12,166 nt of DNA from Salinibacteraceae bacterium. GTDB lineage: Bacteria; Bacteroidota; Rhodothermia; Rhodothermales; Salinibacteraceae. Where the stretch lies: assembly GCA_007124945.1 (NCBI GenBank), contig SLED01000282.1, positions 1 to 12,166 of the forward strand, read 5' to 3'. Below, in pieces: positions 6,120-12,166 of the stretch (positions are counted from its first letter, which is position 1; each line of letters begins with the position of its first letter). The notes beneath the pieces are model-generated. The model did not search any database, was not told the DNA's origin, and saw nothing but the letters and a program-made list of their open reading frames with translations. The translations under genes were made by a program, and so were the position numbers.

Positions 6120-8600
6120 TCAAGCAGCTTCCACTCCGATCCGGCTTACGCGCTGCATCACCTCCTGCACCGTCTCCTGCCGGGTGTTCTCCCGCACAAC
6201 CAGCTGCGCGTCCTGTGCTCCGAGCGCTGCGTCGTCTGCGAGGCGACTGAGGATGCGCTGTCGGCCAATGACTACAAGTTGTGAGGGATCGAAGCCATGT
6301 TCTCGTATCAGAACCGTCAGTATACACCGGGCTTGCTCCAGATCCCCGGGCGGCAAATCGATCACCACTTTGTGCACCTCCTCCGGCGTCCACATCATCG
6401 CATCCTCAACGGTGTACACGTCGGCTTCAGCGACGTCGATGTACGCTGCATAGCGCGGGTTATTCTCCAGCTGTGCCGCCAGCGATGCTCCATCTGGTGA
6501 GGGCCGCTGGAGCACCAGCACACGCAGGCGCTCACCTGCCCGCGCCTCTTTCCGGAGGCGCAGCACATGCTCCGGATAGACCGAAGCTGCGACGTTAAAG
6601 AGGTAGTCGCTAAAGGCATCGGCGAAGCTTGGCTCCTGCTCGTTCCACTCCTTCAAGAAGGGATTCATCACGAAGATGCGCAGCAGCAGGAGCGACGCGT
6701 GGTTGGCGCTGGCGGTGTCCAGCACGTGACCCGGCACCATCTCCCCAAGAATGTGTGCGTAGGCCCCGACATCCACAGCGGTTTTGGACACGATAAACTC
6801 GTACTGCCGGACGTTCTCAGAAGCATCGGCGGTAGTTACCCGCTGCCATATCTTTCTGTTGAACGAGTTTAGCTCTTCGATGGAACGCACCCCGCCTTCT
6901 GGAAGAATGACGAAGCAAAAGCCGACGGTATCGGGCTCGGCGAATGGATGCAGCGAGAGCCCATCATCTGGCGCGAAGCGCGCTTTCAGGGAGGAAACGA
7001 TCTTTTTGTTGGCGGCGATGCAGTTTTTCATCAGCTGCCCGTGGCCGTTCTCTGTAAGCGGCAGGGCAGCCTGTGAGAGGTAACTGCTTACAGCGGCGGC
7101 GCCAGGGCGCGAGCCTTCCAGCGTCCACTGTCCGAGAAAGCCGCTAAAGCCTGCCCGGTCGTCGGTAGCCAGGTACGGAGCCGCGTACGAGATAGCATCG
7201 CGCAGATGATAGTCGCGCACCAGAATGGCTCCGGCTGGATAGGGTATGTAGCCGAACTTGTGCGGATCGATGGTCACCGAGTCAGCCTTCCGGATAGCTG
7301 TGAGCGCCCGGTACACCTCCTCTTCAATCAGCTTGTCCTTTCCAGCCAGCCTCCACACCTGCTGCTGCGACGTATCAAACGGCAGAAAGTGACCACTCTC
7401 ATCTCTCGGGAGCATCGCCGTGAGGTATCCTCCGAGCGCGGCATCGGAGTGGTGCCATAGCGTGATACCCTCGGTGGCAAGCTCCTCGCGCGTCTGCTCG
7501 ATCCTGTGCAGCGGATCGATTGCAGCTTCCTCTGTTGTGCCGCAAATGCTCACGGCCATGAGGGTCGCTCGTCCTTCGGCAGCGTGATCACACACGGCCT
7601 TCCGGAGCGCTTTCACATCGAGACGGATATGCTCGTCAACTGGAAGATGTACCAGCGACTGCGCCCCCAGGCCGATCACGTCCATGTTTTTATCCCAGCA
7701 GTAGTGCCCCGCCTGCGAGACGAACACGACAGGAGGACGGAAAGGGTCGTCCGGGAATGCAGAATTGTATTCGTGCATGAGCGTAGCCAGCCCGGCCTTA
7801 CGCACGCTCGGAAGCGCATCATCGAAGCGACGTGCTTTTGCACGATCCTCTTGCATCGAAGATCGGATGCGCAGATGCAACTCTGTGGTCTCACCAATCG
7901 GCAAATTCTGTGCTTCAAAAGTGGACAGGCTTCCGATAGGGCGCGTATCTCCCCGGGCCGTGTTCACCTCCCATTCAGCCATGTAGCTAAACTCGTTGTC
8001 CTGCCTCGCCAACAACCTGACCGCCAGCGGGTAGAGCCGCACGTTACGGGCGATCCACAGCGCCTCCAGATTGGCCACCGTACCACCGCTGCAGAGATGG
8101 CCCCAGGAAAACGGCGTCCGGTCGTGACGGGCGCCCGTGGGTAGCCGCTCGGGCAGGATGGGCGGATAGTCAATCATCCGCGCAAGCGCATCCATGTAGC
8201 CGTGCTCCTTGCGTACCGTCTCAGGTGCAACTTCAGCAACCACGTTGTTCTGGTTGTAGAGCAGCCCCGCAAAATATCCGATCAGGGCCGGAAGCGTCGG
8301 ATCACTTACCACATGCGCGATCTGCCGGGGCGAATAGATAGGTGCCCCTCGCTTCAACTCCGCCAGAATCTCGAAGAGCTCGTCACGCAGCCTGGCCACA
8401 CTCCGCGCATACGCTTCCGACTGTTTGTCCCGCTCACCGATCAGCCGGTCATCGCCCGGGTGAAAATTCCTCCGCCAGAAGACGTGATCGCGCAGCACTT
8501 CCAGAAGCAGGCGCTCCAGCTCATCAGCATTTTCTCCCTTGGGACCTAAGAAGTTGGCTTTATACATCTGCTGAAGGGGATCGGTACAATGGATTGGCAT
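6120..8600 (-). CDS. Group II pyridoxal-phosphate-dependent decarboxylase family protein (Pfam PF00282-like fold), atypically long at 826 aa
   Basis: All four hallmark motifs are present in the right order. Residues ~171-178 read HLCSGGTVANLEALW. Residues ~353-362 read ICGTTEEAAIDPL. Residues ~384-391 read HHSDAALGG. Residues 445-448 read DPHK, and the PLP-lysine codon is at nt 7257-7259. Relative to ~480-550-aa family members there is a ~90-120-aa insertion between the SGG and HxDAA motifs. There is also a ~200-aa C-terminal extension covering residues ~600-826. Start ATG is at 8598-8600 and the stop is TGA. Confidence 0.85.
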   Translation of the reverse strand: MPIHCTDPLQQMYKANFLGPKGENADELERLLLEVLRDHVFWRRNFHPGDDRLIGERDKQSEAYARSVARLRDELFEILAELKRGAPIYSPRQIAHVVSDPTLPALIGYFAGLLYNQNNVVAEVAPETVRKEHGYMDALARMIDYPPILPERLPTGARHDRTPFSWGHLCSGGTVANLEALWIARNVRLYPLAVRLLARQDNEFSYMAEWEVNTARGDTRPIGSLSTFEAQNLPIGETTELHLRIRSSMQEDRAKARRFDDALPSVRKAGLATLMHEYNSAFPDDPFRPPVVFVSQAGHYCWDKNMDVIGLGAQSLVHLPVDEHIRLDVKALRKAVCDHAAEGRATLMAVSICGTTEEAAIDPLHRIEQTREELATEGITLWHHSDAALGGYLTAMLPRDESGHFLPFDTSQQQVWRLAGKDKLIEEEVYRALTAIRKADSVTIDPHKFGYIPYPAGAILVRDYHLRDAISYAAPYLATDDRAGFSGFLGQWTLEGSRPGAAAVSSYLSQAALPLTENGHGQLMKNCIAANKKIVSSLKARFAPDDGLSLHPFAEPDTVGFCFVILPEGGVRSIEELNSFNRKIWQRVTTADASENVRQYEFIVSKTAVDVGAYAHILGEMVPGHVLDTASANHASLLLLRIFVMNPFLKEWNEQEPSFADAFSDYLFNVAASVYPEHVLRLRKEARAGERLRVLVLQRPSPDGASLAAQLENNPRYAAYIDVAEADVYTVEDAMMWTPEEVHKVVIDLPPGDLEQARCILTVLIREHGFDPSQLVVIGRQRILSRLADDAALGAQDAQLVVRENTRQETVQEVMQRVSRIGVEAA

Positions 8601-8771
8601 AGCGCCGTAACAAAGTAATCAATGAACGACGCCTGATTCCGGTTGCACACGGTGGGCCCGTCGACACTGATTTACGAGAGTTTTGGCACGATTTCGGCGA
8701 GATAAATACGTGTGTATTTTTCGATTTACTTTCCGTATACTTCAAAGGTACCTGCCACCAGCTCATAGCCT
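8601..8771. promoter_or_regulatory. Divergent intergenic region (171 bp) between the decarboxylase operon (-) and the secreted protein gene (+); AT-richer than flanks; presumed to hold both promoters
   Basis: It sits between two divergent start codons. It contains T/A-rich tracts (gataaatacgtgtgtatttttcgatttactttccgtatacttcaaagg), including TATTTTTC, which matches the Bacteroidetes-type -7 element TAnnTTTG at 7 of 8 positions. No Shine-Dalgarno sequence precedes either start codon. Confidence 0.4.
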
Positions 8772-8849
8772 ATGGTACAACCGCTACTACGGATAGGATT
8801 TATTGGATTTTTCCTTGCCTGGATGGGCTACAGCCCGCTCCTTGCGCAA
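8772..8849 (+). other. Sec signal peptide of the T9SS cargo (residues 1-26; predicted cleavage after LLA)
   Basis: Positive N-region (R7), a hydrophobic core IGFIGFFLAWMG, then the A-x-A-like site SPLLA/QDD. Confidence 0.6.
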
Positions 8850-11800
8850 GACGACCCGCGTTCTGCGGTGCTGCCTGCTCCCGACCCCGGCGAAATCTGT
8901 ACGCTCGGCACGTCGGGTGTAGATACGCATCACCATGTCCGGCACGAACATTTTACCGGATTAGAAGCGCTCGCGACAACACCCTCGTCCGAAATTGAGG
9001 TCTCTTTCGCCAAAGCGTGTGATGGGCAGTCCTGGCCCGACGAAGCAAAGGACGCAGTGAATTTTGCCGCCGATATCTGGGCCGGGCATCTCAGCTCCAG
9101 CATACCGATTCGCATAGAGGCCATCTGGGACGATATGCCTACGGCTACGTTGGGCAGGGCTGGCCCGACCAGAATAATCAACGACACGCGGATTCCGGAT
9201 GCACGCCCGAATACCTGGTACACCGCTGCACAGGCCAGCGCTATGGCGGATGAGGATTTCATTGCCGAAATAGACGATGAAGAGTTTGATGTACGGATGT
9301 GGTTCAACTGCAACCGCACCGACTGGTACTTCGACACTGATGGCGAGCCCCCTGCGGGAGTAATTGACTTTGTCACGGTGGTGCTCCACGAGATCGGCCA
9401 CGGTGTCGGGTTTCTCGGCACCATGCGGGAAACGGATGACGGAGAGGGCGAATGGGGACAGCCCCGAAACGGGGAACCGGCACCGATCATCTACGACTCC
9501 TTCGCGGAGGATCTTGATCAGCAGCTTCTGATTGACGAAGACCTCTACCCCAATCCCTCCGAAGTGCTGTTTGATACGCTCCGGAGTGAGAATGTCTTTG
9601 CCGGCGGTGACCTCGCACAGAGTGCGAACGAAGGCACGCGTCCGCCTCTGTACGCACCTGAGCAATGGAATCAGGGCTCCAGCTTTTCCCACCTCGACAC
9701 CGACACGTTTGCGGATACACCAAACGCGCTGATGCGGCACCAGATAGATCGCGCCTCGGCGATACACTCCCCCGGGCCGGTGATGTGCGGCATGCTCGCA
9801 GATATGGGATGGCCGCTCGGCAGCAACTGTGAGGACCTTCTAGAAGTAAGCACGGCGATAACCGTGACGCCCTCGTCGGTTGACTTTGATGTGGTTACCG
9901 TCGAAGCGTCCGACTCGGAGACCATCGTCGTTGCCAACAGTGAAGCCTCCGAAGAACTCGTCAGCGGATCTATTAGCATTGACGGCGTGGACTTCTCCAT
10001 TACCGATGGAGCCGGAGAATATGCGCTCGAGCCCGGCGAATCGCACAGCATTGAAGTAGCTTTCGCTCCCACAGAAGCGGAAAAGCGTGAGGCAACAGTG
10101 TCGATCTCTCATGATGCGGAGAATGCATCTTCGCCACTCACGGTCACCGTAACCGGAGAGGGCAAACCGCAGCCCGACATCGCAGAGCCCCTGGAGGATC
10201 GGCTCGTGCAGTCGGATGATGCCCCCCTTTCAATCGACCTGGAGTCTGTGTTTTCCGATACCGGTGAAAACCCGGACTTCAACGGCGAAAGCAGCGATCA
10301 GTCCGTAGTGAGCACATCCATTGAAGGAAGCGAGTTGACCGTTACGATTGAGGAGGGAGGCGTCGCGACGGTGACAGCATCGGTCGATGATGGCACCGGC
10401 GGATTTGCCTCCGATGCTTTCGAGATAGACGTAAATCGCGCGCCACTGGTGGCTAATCCGGTTGGTGACCAGGTGCTCGCGATAGATGGCGAGTCCTTCG
10501 CAAAGGACTTAACCACCGTGTTCGACGACCCGGACGGCGATCCGCTTGCCTTCGATGCATCCTCCTCAAATACGCTCGTCGCCTCGGTATCTGTGGAGAA
10601 CGGTACCCTCGAAGTAAACCAACAACTCGAAGGCGAAACAACCATCACAGTTGAGGCTGACGACGGACGCGGTGGCGCAACGTCAGATACGTTTGACGTT
10701 GAGGTCACAGATCGGCTGCCGCCGGAGGTGGTTTCCGAAATTGACGATCAGTCGCTGGAACTTGGCGGATCCTCATTTGAGATCAACCTTGATGAGGTCT
10801 TCGAAAGCCCGGAAGGGGACGACCTTACGTACGAAGCCGAAACGACGAACAGTAGCGTCTCAGACCTCTCGCTCGTTGACGCACTGCTCACCGTCACGGC
10901 CAGCACCACTGGATCGGCGACGGTCACCGTAACGGCCACAGACGAAGCGCAGAAATCGACCCAAACGGAGTTTGCCGTCACCGTCAATCAGCTGCTGGTT
11001 ACGTTTACACACGACTTCGGCGACGCTTCGAATCAGCAGAACTACCGGTTGCTCGCGCTGCCCGGCAACGCGAACCTGGATCTTGCTGAAACGCTATCTG
11101 CAGGCACTCCCGGCCGGGACTGGCGCGCCTTCCGAGAACTGGGCGGAGACGGATCTTCTGTCGACGACGTCCTTGAGGAATACGAGTCGGGCAATGACGC
11201 TTTCCGCTTTGCGGCGGGGCGTGGCTTCTGGATCCTCAGCAGCGTCGACTGGGCCGTTGACGCAACCATCGATGCATTCGCAACATCCGACGGCGGGCAG
11301 GCTGCAATACCGCTTCAACCCGGCTGGAATATTATCTCGAATCCACTGGACTGGGATCTGGCCTGGAATGACGTGCTCGCAGCCAACGACATCGATGAAA
11401 TGCTCTGGGCGTGGGATGGAGGCTGGACGGACGTCACGGATTCCGACTTTTCCTCGGCGGCTAACGACGGGCGCGCTTATTATTTCTTCAACGAGGGGGG
11501 AGATAACGCGCTGGAAGAACTTATCCTGCCATCTGCTTCAGAAGCGCAGCAAGTGAGCCCTCGGGTGACGGCGCGAGCAGACACGCCGCTATTCCACATC
11601 CTCGCGCAGACCGAGAATGAACGGTCGATCGGCCGCGTGGCAATTGGTCGCGCTGAGGCCTTCCGCGGCTATACCGCACCGCCTTCTGTCTTTGGTTCCG
11701 GCCATCTTTTCCTGCGAGGCCCCGAGACCGGCCGGCCGCATGCTACTCAGCTCTACAACGATTTCTCTGATCGGGTAATCGACTTCACCCTGCAAGCAAC

Positions 11801-12166
11801 GGAGGGAGAAACGGTCACACTATCATTTGATGACCTGCATAGCGTGATAGGCAACGAGGAGGCGACGCTGGTTGAGATGAGCTCAGACCGCCGGCACGAC
11901 CTCCGCCGGGAGAGCTCTGTATCCATCCAGATGACAGAAGAAACCGCCTCACTCCGAGTACTTTTTGGTGAGGCCGCCCTGGAGGAAGATGATAGCCCCG
12001 CACCCCCCGAGCTCCAGATTTCACGTGTGTATCCCAACCCGTCTGCGCAAGATGTTACGGTGGAGTTCGGGCTGCCTGAACCGGCACATGTCGTAATTGA
12101 GGTGTTTGATGTACTCGGACGGCCGGTAGCGCGTCTCTACGAAGGAGACACGGAGGCGGGAACCCA
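8772..12166 (+). CDS. Secreted multidomain T9SS cargo protein with a zincin (HEIGH) metallopeptidase-like domain; 3'-truncated by window edge (1131+ aa)
   Basis: ATG at 8772 directly follows an in-frame TAG at 8766-8768. There is no stop codon through to the window end. Signal peptide MVQPLLRIGFIGFFLAWMGYSPLLA|QD. HEIGH is at nt 9387-9401, in VVLHEIGHGVGFLG. Downstream domains are an Ig-like domain, three cadherin-like repeats, a ~335-aa unknown domain and a C-terminal T9SS sorting-domain motif (RVYPNPSAQDVTVEFGLPEPAHVVIEVFDVLGRPVARLYEG). Confidence 0.85.
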   Translation, partial: MVQPLLRIGFIGFFLAWMGYSPLLAQDDPRSAVLPAPDPGEICTLGTSGVDTHHHVRHEHFTGLEALATTPSSEIEVSFAKACDGQSWPDEAKDAVNFAADIWAGHLSSSIPIRIEAIWDDMPTATLGRAGPTRIINDTRIPDARPNTWYTAAQASAMADEDFIAEIDDEEFDVRMWFNCNRTDWYFDTDGEPPAGVIDFVTVVLHEIGHGVGFLGTMRETDDGEGEWGQPRNGEPAPIIYDSFAEDLDQQLLIDEDLYPNPSEVLFDTLRSENVFAGGDLAQSANEGTRPPLYAPEQWNQGSSFSHLDTDTFADTPNALMRHQIDRASAIHSPGPVMCGMLADMGWPLGSNCEDLLEVSTAITVTPSSVDFDVVTVEASDSETIVVANSEASEELVSGSISIDGVDFSITDGAGEYALEPGESHSIEVAFAPTEAEKREATVSISHDAENASSPLTVTVTGEGKPQPDIAEPLEDRLVQSDDAPLSIDLESVFSDTGENPDFNGESSDQSVVSTSIEGSELTVTIEEGGVATVTASVDDGTGGFASDAFEIDVNRAPLVANPVGDQVLAIDGESFAKDLTTVFDDPDGDPLAFDASSSNTLVASVSVENGTLEVNQQLEGETTITVEADDGRGGATSDTFDVEVTDRLPPEVVSEIDDQSLELGGSSFEINLDEVFESPEGDDLTYEAETTNSSVSDLSLVDALLTVTASTTGSATVTVTATDEAQKSTQTEFAVTVNQLLVTFTHDFGDASNQQNYRLLALPGNANLDLAETLSAGTPGRDWRAFRELGGDGSSVDDVLEEYESGNDAFRFAAGRGFWILSSVDWAVDATIDAFATSDGGQAAIPLQPGWNIISNPLDWDLAWNDVLAANDIDEMLWAWDGGWTDVTDSDFSSAANDGRAYYFFNEGGDNALEELILPSASEAQQVSPRVTARADTPLFHILAQTENERSIGRVAIGRAEAFRGYTAPPSVFGSGHLFLRGPETGRPHATQLYNDFSDRVIDFTLQATEGETVTLSFDDLHSVIGNEEATLVEMSSDRRHDLRRESSVSIQMTEETASLRVLFGEAALEEDDSPAPPELQISRVYPNPSAQDVTVEFGLPEPAHVVIEVFDVLGRPVARLYEGDTEAGT
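9837..10166 (+). other. Ig-like beta-sandwich domain of the ASH / choice-of-anchor-D / HYDIN-VesB type within the T9SS cargo (residues ~356-465)
   Basis: Pattern VDFDVVTVEASDSETIVVANSEASEELVSGSISIDGVDFSITDGAGEYALEPGESHSIEVAFAPTEAEKREATVSISHDAENASSPLTVTVTGEG. It matches the characteristic F-G-x-V...L-x-I-x-I-x-G-x-D-F...L-x-P-G-x-S...V-x-F-x-P...A-x-L-x-I-x-S-N-D...P-x-x-V-x-L-x-G signature. Confidence 0.5.
10164..10991 (+). repeat. Three tandem ~90-aa cadherin-like / putative-Ig (dystroglycan-type, He_PIG-like) domain repeats in the T9SS cargo (residues ~465-740)
   Basis: Self-alignment of three units. Each starts P-x-V-x-x-I-D-D/Q-x-L, has a central VF-x-DPDGD-x-L-x-Y/F-x-A motif and ends T-V-T-A-x-D-x-x-G/Q-x-x-x-x-x-F-x-V-x-V. 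They map to nt 10164-10439, 10440-10712 and 10713-10991. Confidence 0.6.
12006..12166 (+). other. Type IX secretion system C-terminal sorting domain (type A CTD), truncated by window edge
   Basis: PELQISRVYPNPSAQDVTVEFGLPEPAHVVIEVFDVLGRPVARLYEG matches the conserved YPNP...v.v.f.l......v.i.vyD.lGR.V..L CTD signature. Confidence 0.65.

Noticed and set aside
7506-8144. 212-aa + strand ORF antisense to the decarboxylase gene
   Set aside because: No domain-like sequence. It overlaps the motif-bearing core of the decarboxylase.
8961-9767. 268-aa minus-strand ORF, and 8930-9490 and 9671-10072, antisense to the secreted protein gene
   Set aside because: Shadow ORFs. The + strand frame has a signal peptide, HEXXH and repeat-domain structure, whereas these are low-complexity.
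10972-11556. 194-aa + strand ORF starting at TTG, in a different frame from the T9SS cargo CDS
   Set aside because: Out-of-frame overlap with a gene whose frame is supported by domain repeats and the CTD. The translation is Ser/Thr/Arg-rich and non-globular.
1-12166. Searched for CRISPR arrays, tRNA/tmRNA/RNase P/SRP-like motifs, and transposase or integrase signatures
   Set aside because: I could detect no spaced direct repeats, T-loop GGTTCGAATCC-like words, or DDE/tyrosine-recombinase-like ORFs by eye. The only tandem repeats are coding: the DA-tract, the EA coiled coil and the cadherin-like domains.

Overview
This window is high-GC (~63-65%) bacterial DNA. A type IX secretion (T9SS) C-terminal sorting domain and the absence of Shine-Dalgarno sequences point to a Bacteroidota/Rhodothermota-type organism. 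High GC and acidic proteins hint at a Salinibacter/Rhodothermus-like genome, but this is inference. The minus strand from 8600 down to 862 carries four co-oriented, closely spaced genes. They encode an unusually long (826 aa) group II PLP-dependent decarboxylase-family protein, a 1054-aa hypothetical protein with a large helical soluble domain and four C-terminal transmembrane helices, a short NfeD-family membrane protein carrying a (DA)n acidic repeat, and an SPFH/flotillin (YqiK/FloT-like) protein. NfeD-flotillin is a canonical pair. The two upstream genes look like an undescribed extension of that module. Divergently, from 8772 to the window end, there is a partial >1131-aa secreted multidomain T9SS cargo. 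It has a signal peptide, a zincin HEIGH metallopeptidase-like domain, an Ig-like domain, three tandem cadherin-like repeats, a ~335-aa uncharacterised domain and a T9SS CTD. The first 118 nt probably carry the 3' end of a + strand gene. A 744-bp stretch (119-861) between convergent genes has no convincing ORF. It contains hairpins and an AT-richer patch and is a candidate ncRNA, degraded gene or small-protein locus. No rRNA, tRNA, CRISPR or mobile-element signatures were recognised.
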